Positions 7,585 through 15,855 of a DNA stretch of 25,023 nt are shown piece by piece. Below the pieces are notes generated by a model that was not told the origin of the DNA, ran no database searches, and saw nothing but the letters and a program-made list of their open reading frames with translations. Numbering within the stretch: the first letter of the stretch is position 1; each line of letters starts with the position of its first letter. The DNA comes from Dubosiella newyorkensis (lineage in GTDB: Bacteria > Bacillota_I > Bacilli_A > Erysipelotrichales > Erysipelotrichaceae). Where the stretch lies: NCBI RefSeq assembly GCF_001945605.1, contig NZ_MPKA01000083.1, forward strand, positions 1 through 25,023. The letters are read 5' to 3'. A program made the position numbers and the translations under genes.

Positions 7585-7604
7585 ATTACCACGTTTGTGG
7601 TAAT
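7585..7604. promoter_or_regulatory. perfect inverted repeat ATTACCAC-GTTT-GTGGTAAT
   Basis: 8-bp arms, located immediately upstream of the RBS of the first IIB gene. Half-sites recur at 7363-7374 (GTTTGTGGCAAT) and 7484-7492 (AATTACCAC). Confidence 0.5.
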
Positions 7605-7628
7605 CATAAAATAGAAAGGAGGATATCA

Positions 7629-7937
7629 ATGTTAACAATCAGATTATTCTGTGCTGCTGGCATGTCGACAAGCTTACTTGTAAACAAGATGATCGAAGAA
7701 GCTAAAAAAGAAGGAAAAGAAGTTGACATCGTGGCTTACCCTGTCAACGAACTCGATCGTCGTCTTGCTGGCGTGGATGTCGCTCTTCTTGGACCTCAAG
7801 TTGGTTACTTGAAAAAGAAAGCGCAAAAAACAGCGGCAGATGCCGGAGTACCCCTTGATGTGATTCCAATGGCCGATTATGGACGCTGCAACGGAAAAGC
7901 GGTATTGGAACTCGCTGAGAAACTGGCGAAAAAATAA
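7629..7937 (+). CDS. PTS lactose/cellobiose-family EIIB component (copy 1)
   Basis: 102 aa. 'RLFCAAGMSTSLLV' carries the active-site Cys8. RBS is AAAGGAGG. Confidence 0.9.
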   Translation: MLTIRLFCAAGMSTSLLVNKMIEEAKKEGKEVDIVAYPVNELDRRLAGVDVALLGPQVGYLKKKAQKTAADAGVPLDVIPMADYGRCNGKAVLELAEKLAKK

Positions 7938-7982
7938 GGTTTTAAAACAAAAAAACAGAAAAGGAAAATAGGAGAGAAAAAG

Positions 7983-9272
7983 ATGAGTGAATTTATTAAT
8001 GATAAAGTCATACCTCCAGTGATGAGCTTTATCAACACGAAACCTATGCAGGCGTTGAAAGACGGTTTGTTGTATTCGATGCCTCTGATGATCGTAGGTT
8101 CTGTATTCTTGCTTTTGCAACAGTTTCCAATCGCCGCGGTTGGTGAATTTTTGACCAGTGTTGGTTTGTACGACATCTTCACGACGACGTACGCGAACAC
8201 GTTTAACATTATGTCTTTGATCGCAGCCATGGGTATCGCCTACACCTACGCGAAAAACGAAGGATTCGAAGGTATGCCGGCCGCGGTTATCTCGCTGTCT
8301 GTTTGGTTGATGTCCCAACCGCAGTCGGTTATGTTCAACGAAGAAGCGGTTGGCGGCGTTGTCGATCGTACTTGGCTTGCTGGTCAAGGTATGGTTGGCG
8401 CTTTAGTATTTGGTGTCATCGTAGGTATGATCTATTGCTGGTTCTTGAAAAAAGATATCACGATCAAAATGCCTGCCGGCGTGCCTCAAGGTGTTGCCAA
8501 CGCGTTCACAGCTTTGATCCCTGCGGCAGCCATCATCGTGGGATGGACAGCGATCATTTATATCGTTGATATCACGATGCATACGACAGTCATGCAATGG
8601 GTATACGCAATGATCCAAGCGCCTTTGCAAGGTTTGACAGATAACTTGGGTGGTGTCATCGCTCACCAGTTCCTCGTTACGTTCCTGTGGTGGTTCGGTA
8701 TCCATGGTGCGACGATTGTCGGTGGTGTCATGGGTGGTATCCTGACAGCCAACGTTTCGGACAACCAGGCGATTCTCGACTCCGGTCGCGAACTGACAGT
8801 TGCCAACGGTGGACATATCTTTACATCTCAATTGATCGACCAATTCTGTACAGTTACAGGTTCTGGTTTGACTCTTGGTCTTGTAGTTTACCTTTGCTTC
8901 TTCGCAAAATCTGAACAGCTTCGTTCGATCGGTAAACTCGGTATCGGGCCAGGTCTCTTCAATATCAACGAACCGATCTTATTCGGTACCCCGATCGTAT
9001 TGAACCCAATGCTTGCGGTTCCATTCATCTTGACTCCAGTGCTTTCTGGTGCGTTGACTTACTTATTGATCCAATGGGGAATCTTGCCTATGTTTACAGG
9101 TGTCGTTGTTCCTTGGACAACACCTCCAATTATTTCTGGTCTATTGGTTAATGGCTGGAAGACAATGGTATGGCAGGCAATCGTTATCGTGGGATCGTTC
9201 TTCATATACTTCCCATTCATCAAGATGTATGACAACCAATTGTATAAAGAAGAACAGGAAGCTGCTGAATAA
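7983..9272 (+). CDS. PTS lactose/cellobiose-family EIIC permease
   Basis: 429 aa polytopic membrane protein. N-terminus 'FINTKPMQALKDGLLYSMPLMIVGSVFLLL' and 'NINEPILFG' are typical of cellobiose/chitobiose EIIC. Confidence 0.9.
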   Translation: MSEFINDKVIPPVMSFINTKPMQALKDGLLYSMPLMIVGSVFLLLQQFPIAAVGEFLTSVGLYDIFTTTYANTFNIMSLIAAMGIAYTYAKNEGFEGMPAAVISLSVWLMSQPQSVMFNEEAVGGVVDRTWLAGQGMVGALVFGVIVGMIYCWFLKKDITIKMPAGVPQGVANAFTALIPAAAIIVGWTAIIYIVDITMHTTVMQWVYAMIQAPLQGLTDNLGGVIAHQFLVTFLWWFGIHGATIVGGVMGGILTANVSDNQAILDSGRELTVANGGHIFTSQLIDQFCTVTGSGLTLGLVVYLCFFAKSEQLRSIGKLGIGPGLFNINEPILFGTPIVLNPMLAVPFILTPVLSGALTYLLIQWGILPMFTGVVVPWTTPPIISGLLVNGWKTMVWQAIVIVGSFFIYFPFIKMYDNQLYKEEQEAAE

Positions 9273-9298
9273 ACTAGAAAAGAGGAAATTAGAATTCT

Positions 9299-9628
9299 AT
9301 GGAAGGATTAGAATTAATTTGTTTTCAAATCATTTCTGCATCAGGCGGTGCTAAATCTGCATATATGGCTGCTCTAGAAGCCGCAAAAGAAGGCGACTAT
9401 GAAGAAGCTGAAAAAATGATCAAAGAAGGCGACGAAATGTTGAACCAAGGGCATGCTCCGCATGCTACATTAGTTCAGCAAGAAGCGGCTGGAAATTCTC
9501 CAGAAGTCTCGTTGATCTTGATCCACGCAGAAGACCAAATGATGGGTGCTGAATCTTTTAAAGCGATGGTTGAAGAATTCATCGAAGTCTACAAACAACT
9601 TGACGCTTTGAAAGCAAAAGTAGCTTAA
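9299..9628 (+). CDS. PTS lactose/cellobiose-family EIIA component
   Basis: 109 aa helical protein. 'ISASGGAKS' and 'LIHAEDQMM' (phosphorylatable His) are present. Confidence 0.9.
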   Translation: MEGLELICFQIISASGGAKSAYMAALEAAKEGDYEEAEKMIKEGDEMLNQGHAPHATLVQQEAAGNSPEVSLILIHAEDQMMGAESFKAMVEEFIEVYKQLDALKAKVA

Positions 9629-9638
9629 TACATTCAAT

Positions 9639-9669
9639 GAAGAGATCCGAATCTCGGATCTCTTTTTTA
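9639..9669 (+). terminator. rho-independent terminator after EIIA
   Basis: Stem agagatccga/tcggatctct followed by ttttt. Confidence 0.8.
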
Positions 9670-9779
9670 TGTGGTGGAAGCGGGAAATACAAGCGCACTT
9701 TTTCTTTTTATAATAAACATTCATATTTTTTTAATTTTATATTCTAAAGATACATAAAGGAACCAGAAATACAATTATA

Positions 9780-10343
9780 ATGTTTATTTATGAAAGAAGG
9801 GGGATTGTGCTAGACAAGTTTTATTATGTAGACGCTTTTGTGAACGGAAAGGAAAAGACGCCGCACTATATTCCTAACTTCATTATGACCAGTCGGAGAG
9901 CGCCATTAAATTATCCATTTATATATGGCTGCGATTTCCGTTATGATGGAATCTTTTTGTGGCGGTTGACAAAGCAGGAAGATTCACTTTTGATTCCATA
10001 TTCCGAAATCAAGTGGATCGAACTGCTTGTCGTGCGGCGGTGTTGGGGGACTACGATTCTTACTATGATGATCCCGTGGTTTGACTTTGACCTGGTCATC
10101 CATCGCAAATACGATGAGATCGAAATCGAATTTCCAGCCTTCTATGAATTCCGAGAAGTTGTCGAAGACTTGAATAAAAACGGGTTGTATGTGATAGATC
10201 ACCTAGATCTACTCAAACGTTTTCCAGATGAAAAATCATTCAAAGAAAACTTTTCCGCTTATTTTGAGAAAAACTATCATGAAATCGCGCAGCAGAACGG
10301 TCTTGAAGATCCGCGGATCGGCTTCAAAAAGACACAATGGTGA
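9780..10343 (+). CDS. uncharacterised protein, paralog 1 of a tandem pair (probable true start GTG 9807)
   Basis: The ORF is collinear with the next ORF through conserved blocks. RBS GAAGGGGG precedes GTG 9807, and the alignment with paralog 2 begins there (KFYYVDA vs KYYYARL). Confidence 0.7.
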   Translation: MFIYERRGIVLDKFYYVDAFVNGKEKTPHYIPNFIMTSRRAPLNYPFIYGCDFRYDGIFLWRLTKQEDSLLIPYSEIKWIELLVVRRCWGTTILTMMIPWFDFDLVIHRKYDEIEIEFPAFYEFREVVEDLNKNGLYVIDHLDLLKRFPDEKSFKENFSAYFEKNYHEIAQQNGLEDPRIGFKKTQW

Positions 10344-10363
10344 AAAAGAAGGAAGGGAACGAA

Positions 10364-10930
10364 ATGAGACAAAAATATTACTACGCTCGCCTTATGACCG
10401 AGAAAAGGAAGAAATCCTATGCAAGCAAGACGAAAACAATGTTGAAAAGAGCGGCTGCGATGTCAGGTTTTGCGATCGATCCTTCTATGAGCATGTCGCA
10501 TCCGTTTATCCGCGGATGCGAATTCCGCTATAATGAAATAGAACTATACCGGCTACAAGATCTCAACGATACATTTACCATTCCGTATTCCAAGATCAAA
10601 TGGATGGATTTCTTCGTAGTTGCTAGACGCTGGGCTGGAGGCGGCGTGATGATGGCACTCAATGTCATGTACAATTTCGATCTTGTTATTCATCTAAAAG
10701 ACGATAAGGAAATCGAAGTGGAGTTCCCAGCCGATTATTCATTTAGAACGATTATTGATCAGCTAAGACCGATAAATGTTCCAGTGATCGATCAATTTGA
10801 TGTATTTGCGAATTTCCCAAATGAGCGCGCGTTCAAAAAGGAATTTGTCCCTTATTTTCAGGAACATTATTCCAACTTAGCCATGCAATACGGACTTGAA
10901 GATCCTCGTGTCGCCTTCAATCCAATGTAG
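10364..10930 (+). CDS. uncharacterised protein, paralog 2 of a tandem pair
   Basis: ATG 10364 is preceded by GGAAGGGA. It shares PFIxGCxFRY, IPYSxIKW, FDLVIH, EIExEFPAxYxFR, VID, FPxExxFKxxFxxYF and GLEDPR with paralog 1. Confidence 0.7.
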   Translation: MRQKYYYARLMTEKRKKSYASKTKTMLKRAAAMSGFAIDPSMSMSHPFIRGCEFRYNEIELYRLQDLNDTFTIPYSKIKWMDFFVVARRWAGGGVMMALNVMYNFDLVIHLKDDKEIEVEFPADYSFRTIIDQLRPINVPVIDQFDVFANFPNERAFKKEFVPYFQEHYSNLAMQYGLEDPRVAFNPM

Positions 10931-11033
10931 TTTTTAAGCTTCAATTTCATATTGTTTTTCCAAGATGAATGAGGTAGAATCTCATTAGAAAGCACTTACA
11001 AATATAAGTAATTGCGACATAGGAGGATTTAAA

Positions 11034-11342
11034 ATGTTAACAGTTCGTTTATTCTGTGCTGCTGGAATGTCAACTAGCCTATTAGTAAACAAAATGATCG
11101 AAGAAGCTAAAAAAGAAGGAAAAGAAGTTGATATCGTAGCATACCCAGTGAATGAGTTAGACCGCCGTCTTGATGGGGTTGACGTTGCTCTTTTAGGGCC
11201 ACAAGTTGGATACTTGAAGAAAAAAGCGCAAAAAACAGCCGCCGATGCGGGTGTACCTCTCGACGTGATTCCAATGGCTGATTATGGACGCTGCAACGGA
11301 AAAGCCGTTTTGGAACTCGCTGAAAAACTCGCAAAGAAATAG
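11034..11342 (+). CDS. PTS lactose/cellobiose-family EIIB component (copy 2)
   Basis: 102 aa, differing from copy 1 only at I4V and A47D. RBS is TAGGAGGA. Confidence 0.9.
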   Translation: MLTVRLFCAAGMSTSLLVNKMIEEAKKEGKEVDIVAYPVNELDRRLDGVDVALLGPQVGYLKKKAQKTAADAGVPLDVIPMADYGRCNGKAVLELAEKLAKK

Positions 11343-11346
11343 GCAG

Positions 11347-11371
11347 AAAAGCTCCTTGGGGAGCTTTTTTT
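11347..11371 (+). terminator. hairpin plus T-run between IIB copy 2 and the ROK kinase gene
   Basis: aaaagctcc-ttgg-ggagctttt followed by ttt. It ends 17 nt before the ROK start codon. Confidence 0.6.
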
Positions 11372-11387
11372 CAGAAAGGAGAATTAA

Positions 11388-12278
11388 ATGCTAGATCTAG
11401 GAATCGATATTGGCGGAACATTTATTAAATACGCCATTGTAGACGATGAAAATCAAATTGTCCGTAAATGGAAAAAAGAGACGATCAAACACAAGAATAA
11501 AGATCAATTTTATGAGTATTTGTGTTCGGATTTGCCGTTAGAAAACATTCGATATATTGGAGTGAGTGCTCCTGGTGTATTGGCGATGGACTCGACCATT
11601 CTTTCAAAAGCCGCGGAGAATGTTTGTATCATGTATCAAACCAATGTGAGAGATGAAATCCATAAAAGAACACATAAAGCTGTTCATGTCCTCAACGATG
11701 CAAAAAGCGCAGGATTTTGCGAAATGCAGATCGGAAACGGAAAAGGAACAGCATCAAGTGTTTATTTCGTGATTGGAACAGGCATTGGAGGATGCGTTTG
11801 TGACGATAGCCATGTTGTTGAAGGGGTAAACCGTATCGCTGGCGAATTTTCAAACCTTCCGATCGGTTTTAAAGAGGATGGATCGATTCAATTCTTATAT
11901 GAAATCGCTTCGATGAGCGCTTTGATCTCGATTTATAACCGGTATGCCGATCAACCAGTTCAATATGGTACAGAAATCACAGAAAAATATCATGCAGGAG
12001 ATCCTATGGCGATCAAAGCTTTTGATGAATGGTGCCGAAATATTTGCGCCGGACTCTTTCAGATCATCATATTCTATAACCCAGAAGTGATTTGCATAGG
12101 CGGAGGGATCTCGCAAGAAGAGTGGTTTATCGAAAAGCTCAGAAGCATGATCCAAAGCGAAATCAAGCTCCCATTCCAAGGCTTGTTTTCAACGAGGATC
12201 GAATCTTGCCGCTTCAGCAACGACGCTAACCTATTAGGCGCGATCTTATTCGCACGCCAAAAAGAGATGGAAAATTGA
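11388..12278 (+). CDS. ROK-family sugar kinase (beta-glucoside-kinase-like, no N-terminal HTH)
   Basis: 'LGIDIGGTFIKYAIVD' and 'VIGTGIGGCV' are present, plus 'AGEFSN' and 'ICIGGGIS'. I do not see the Cys-rich CxCGxxGCxE zinc motif of classical glucokinases. Confidence 0.8.
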   Translation: MLDLGIDIGGTFIKYAIVDDENQIVRKWKKETIKHKNKDQFYEYLCSDLPLENIRYIGVSAPGVLAMDSTILSKAAENVCIMYQTNVRDEIHKRTHKAVHVLNDAKSAGFCEMQIGNGKGTASSVYFVIGTGIGGCVCDDSHVVEGVNRIAGEFSNLPIGFKEDGSIQFLYEIASMSALISIYNRYADQPVQYGTEITEKYHAGDPMAIKAFDEWCRNICAGLFQIIIFYNPEVICIGGGISQEEWFIEKLRSMIQSEIKLPFQGLFSTRIESCRFSNDANLLGAILFARQKEMEN

Positions 12279-12287
12279 TCCATCTCT

Positions 12288-13352
12288 TTATTTTTCTTGA
12301 ATATCGATGACCACAAATTCACTTGAGCCCATCGTTCTTGCCGGAAATCCCCAACCATTCACGCCCGAAGAAGTGATCGCCGTCAGCTCCCCACGATCTT
12401 GAAGCCCGTATCGCAAATCTACATTCCAATACAGATCCATCAAATAGCCAAACGGATACAATTGACCATTATGTGTGTGACCTGAAATCATCAAATCCAC
12501 TTTGCCGCTATCCATCACCTCTTGCGTTTGGATCGGCTGATGATCGACTAAAATCGTAAACTGACTTTTTGGGACCGACTTTAAAAGCGTTTCTACCGAA
12601 ATCCGATCTTTTCGCTTTAGAGAATAATCGCTTCGACCTGCAATCACCATGCCATGCGATTCTGCGATCTGATCGTTCAATATGTGAATGTTCGCCTTTT
12701 TTAAATTGGATTCGTATTCACTTTGGGTAAATTTTTTATTCCATATTTTTGGCTGCAAATCATGATTGCCATAAATATAGAAAACATCGGCCGTTTTGCT
12801 CAAAGTCTTTAAAGCATGAATGCATTGTTCCATATCTTTTTTGCTTGTTTGTTCATCCGTTATATCGCCACCGATCAAGACGATGTCAGGATCGGTTTGC
12901 GCCATCTTGGAAACAAGCACCTCTAGGGAGCCAATATCCATACCATTCGGATAATGGAGATCCGAAAAAAATAAAACCCGCGTCGGCTTGACTTTCTTTT
13001 CTGTTTCCAGCGAATATTCAATCTCGATCCGCTCTTGAAAATGAAAGGCGCCATACACTGTATAACTGAGTGCGCAAAAGGCACAAAGAAGAAGCATCCA
13101 AAAAGATACGCGCTTCTTTCGAAACCACTGAATTCCCTGAATGAGAAGTGTAAAAACAAAGGTATATAAAACAAAAGGAAAGTACAAAGAATTTTTATAC
13201 ATACCAGGCATGAAAACGATCGCACAAGCCAAAAAGACGACCCAAGGATTCCATTGCGACTTATCGTTTTTTATGATCGTCCACCAGTCCCAGATCAAAA
13301 AGGAAACATAGACACAAATGAGTAATTGAAAAAAAACCATACCTAACATCAC
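12288..13352 (-). CDS. membrane-anchored calcineurin-like metallophosphoesterase
   Basis: N-terminal TM segments are followed by 'FFSDLHYPNG', 'GGDITDE', 'GNHD' and 'GHTHNGQ'. Confidence 0.85.
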   Translation of the reverse strand: MMLGMVFFQLLICVYVSFLIWDWWTIIKNDKSQWNPWVVFLACAIVFMPGMYKNSLYFPFVLYTFVFTLLIQGIQWFRKKRVSFWMLLLCAFCALSYTVYGAFHFQERIEIEYSLETEKKVKPTRVLFFSDLHYPNGMDIGSLEVLVSKMAQTDPDIVLIGGDITDEQTSKKDMEQCIHALKTLSKTADVFYIYGNHDLQPKIWNKKFTQSEYESNLKKANIHILNDQIAESHGMVIAGRSDYSLKRKDRISVETLLKSVPKSQFTILVDHQPIQTQEVMDSGKVDLMISGHTHNGQLYPFGYLMDLYWNVDLRYGLQDRGELTAITSSGVNGWGFPARTMGSSEFVVIDIQEK

Positions 13353-13436
13353 CGTTAGTGTACCACCGAATCATTAAAAGAATGAAAACAATGCATTAAG
13401 ACTTGCGAATCAAACAAAAAAACAAATAATAAAAGT

Positions 13437-14228
13437 ATGAAAACAATCATTACCGATTTAGATGGAACACTTCTAGACCATGGAACATTACATCCGCATA
13501 CGATCAAAACCTTAAAGAAATTTCAAAAAAACGGCCGCTTGATCTTAGCAAGTGGGAGAAGTCTAAAAAATATGAAACTATATGTTGAGCAGTTGGAAAT
13601 GGCATCCTTTCAAAATGGAGCGTTGATTGGTTTGAATGGGCTTGAACGTTATGACTTTAAGACAGGCACTTATCATAAAGAACAAGGTATTTCAGCAAAA
13701 GAAGTGAAAAAAATCGCCCGCTCTTTCCGATTCAATTCTCTTCTGATCATGGTCGACCTTCCCGATCAAGAAATGAAGATCAACACGGTCTTTTCTTTTC
13801 TGCTACGATTTGCAGCCATCAAAAGACTACGTCAAAGAAGTCGTCTAAAAACGTATTCGAACCAAAATGAACCGATCGATAAGATCATCGTCTTATTTTA
13901 TATAGGAACAAAACGACACCTAGATGCGATCCGTCGCCAATTCAAAGCGTATCAAATCTTGAGGATTGGACGCTTCTGGATCGAAATCATGCCCCAAGGA
14001 ATCGATAAACAAATACAAATTCAATATTTTATGAAACAATATGCGATTTCAAGTCACGATCTATATATATTTGGTGATGGAGAAAACGATCGCAACATGC
14101 TTTCGCTAACCCAACATAGCTACGCTCCAAGCTCAGCTCTTGAAGAAATCAAACGCACGGCCAAACACATTTGCCCGCCTCCTGCCAAGGAAGGGGTGGC
14201 GAGAGTGATCGAATCGCTCTTCGATTGA
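13437..14228 (+). CDS. Cof-type HAD-IIB family hydrolase
   Basis: 'IITDLDGTLLD' and 'FGDGENDRNML' are present. Confidence 0.8.
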   Translation: MKTIITDLDGTLLDHGTLHPHTIKTLKKFQKNGRLILASGRSLKNMKLYVEQLEMASFQNGALIGLNGLERYDFKTGTYHKEQGISAKEVKKIARSFRFNSLLIMVDLPDQEMKINTVFSFLLRFAAIKRLRQRSRLKTYSNQNEPIDKIIVLFYIGTKRHLDAIRRQFKAYQILRIGRFWIEIMPQGIDKQIQIQYFMKQYAISSHDLYIFGDGENDRNMLSLTQHSYAPSSALEEIKRTAKHICPPPAKEGVARVIESLFD

Positions 14229-14289
14229 CTCTAACTTGTTCAATAACGATAAAGATGGGATAATAACCCTAAAAGAAAGAAGGGTAAGT

Positions 14290-15393
14290 ATGAAGAAATT
14301 AGGATTTGGCTGCATGCGCTTTCCTTTGCTTGATGAAAACGATCCCAAGAGCATCGATCTTGAACAAGTAGAAAGGATGTTCGACATCTTTTTAGAGAAA
14401 GGTTTTCTTTATGTCGATACCGCCTATCCATATCATGAAGGAGAAAGTGAAAAAGCCGTAAAAAAAGCGCTCGTCGAACGCTATCCACGCACATCGTTTC
14501 GTCTAGCCGACAAACTGCCGACCTTCAACTTAAAAGAAGAAGCAGACTGTCCGCGGATCTTTCAAGAACAGTTGGAAAAAACGGGGGTTTCGTATTTTGA
14601 TTACTACTTGATCCATTGCTTAACGAAAGATCTGTATGAAACAGCTAAAAAATGCAAGGCCTTCGAATTCGTGCAAACAATGAAAGAAGAAGGGAAAGTC
14701 AAGGAGTTTGGTTTTTCTTTCCACGATACTCCAGAAAAGCTCGACGAGATCTTGAGTGATCATCCAGAAGTCGACTTTGTCCAGCTTCAAATCAATTATT
14801 TAGATTGGGAAGCTGAAAATGTTCAATCGAGAGCTTGTTATGAAGTGGCGAGAAAACATGGCAAAGAAATCGTGATCATGGAGCCGATCAAAGGCGGCAG
14901 CTTGATCGATCTTCCGAAAGAAATCGAAGCGGATTTGAGAAAAGCGGATCCAGAACAAGACAACGCTTCGTGGGCGATCCGGTTCGCGGCCTCTTTGCCA
15001 GGCGTTCGTATGGTTTTGTCAGGCATGTCTTCACTTGAACAAATGCTCGACAATATATCTTTCATGGAAAATTTTGTTCCTATGAGCGAGGAAGAACAAA
15101 AAATCGTGCTTGAAGCCGGGGAAAAGATCCGGAAAACGGTGGCGATCCCTTGTACCGGTTGTGAATATTGTGTGGCGGGCTGTTCTCAAAACATTTGGAT
15201 CCCCGAATATTTCAAGCTTTATAACGAACGGCAAAGAACTCTTTCGAAAGGGCATGATAAAGCGTATGACCAGGCGATCCAAACGCATGGAAAAGCGAGC
15301 GATTGTATCGAATGCCATCAATGCGAAAGGATGTGTCCTCAACACTTGCCGATCGTAGAATCATTAAAAAAAGTATCGGAAAGTTTTGAATAG
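14290..15393 (+). CDS. aldo/keto reductase with C-terminal 4Fe-4S ferredoxin-type domain
   Basis: I start at ATG 14290 (MKKLGFGCMRFP), preceded by GAAGGG. The AKR N-terminus is followed by 'CTGCEYCVAGC' and 'CIECHQCERMCP'. Confidence 0.8.
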   Translation: MKKLGFGCMRFPLLDENDPKSIDLEQVERMFDIFLEKGFLYVDTAYPYHEGESEKAVKKALVERYPRTSFRLADKLPTFNLKEEADCPRIFQEQLEKTGVSYFDYYLIHCLTKDLYETAKKCKAFEFVQTMKEEGKVKEFGFSFHDTPEKLDEILSDHPEVDFVQLQINYLDWEAENVQSRACYEVARKHGKEIVIMEPIKGGSLIDLPKEIEADLRKADPEQDNASWAIRFAASLPGVRMVLSGMSSLEQMLDNISFMENFVPMSEEEQKIVLEAGEKIRKTVAIPCTGCEYCVAGCSQNIWIPEYFKLYNERQRTLSKGHDKAYDQAIQTHGKASDCIECHQCERMCPQHLPIVESLKKVSESFE

Positions 15394-15433
15394 AAAAAAG
15401 GTCTCTAGAAAGAAAAATAGAGGCCTTTTCATT
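15394..15433. terminator. bidirectional terminator between convergent genes
   Basis: Stem aaaggtctct/agaggccttt is flanked by an A-run and a T-run. Confidence 0.6.
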
Positions 15434-15835
15434 TTATTGTTTTGGGGCTTCGTCGTGTTCCTTCATTTTGCTGTGGATCACTTCACCCAATGTTTTTTTG
15501 CTTGCAGACATGGCGCTTTGCTCATGTTCGATTCCCTTCAATTCCCAATGGATCAACCAAGTCATCGCGGCCTTGATCACAATGATCATTCCGATCTGCA
15601 AGAGTTCGTCCATATTCCGGGCAGTCACGGTTCGCAAGATCTCGCTTCCTAGCTTGAATGTCAGTCCGATCGATTGTCCATGCAATAAATAAACGCGCGC
15701 ATTTGGATCGTGCTTCAACAATTTAAAGAACGCTAAAAAGGTCGTATATAAAATAATACCGATTGAAATCAATTCCAAAAAATCGATCGAGAGACCCGCG
15801 AACGTACTGACTAAGTGGTTTAATTCTTCATGCAT
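15434..15835 (-). CDS. small membrane protein, DUF1622-like
   Basis: 133 aa. The pattern 'GQSIGLTFKLGSEILRTV' is flanked by TM segments. It begins 20 nt downstream of mnmE. Confidence 0.55.
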   Translation of the reverse strand: MHEELNHLVSTFAGLSIDFLELISIGIILYTTFLAFFKLLKHDPNARVYLLHGQSIGLTFKLGSEILRTVTARNMDELLQIGMIIVIKAAMTWLIHWELKGIEHEQSAMSASKKTLGEVIHSKMKEHDEAPKQ

Positions 15836-15855
15836 CTAGATCTTCCTTTCAATGC

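Noticed and set aside
7674-8387. 237-aa minus-strand ORF (and the nested 7877-8230 ORF)
   Set aside because: It is antisense to the EIIB and EIIC genes. The R/H/Q-rich composition is typical of a shadow frame, and no start context is present.
10337-10363. Upstream ATG start for paralog 2, overlapping the paralog 1 stop
   Set aside because: ATG 10364 has the better RBS, and the alignment with paralog 1 starts there. The 10337 start remains possible (ATGGTGA overlap).
10986-11000. cre-like sequence TAGAAAGCACTTACA upstream of the second EIIB gene
   Set aside because: It lacks both the TG at the 5' end and the central CG, which is too weak to call.
7629-11342. The duplicated EIIB genes as a recent tandem duplication or assembly artefact
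   Set aside because: There are 49 nucleotide differences over 309 nt, and the flanking and RBS sequences are completely different. That rules out a recent or artefactual duplication.
14236-14289. TTG-initiated N-terminal extension of the aldo/keto reductase ORF
   Set aside because: The internal ATG at 14290 has an RBS and begins with the canonical AKR N-terminus (MKKLGFGCMRF). The extension runs almost from the stop of the upstream HAD gene.
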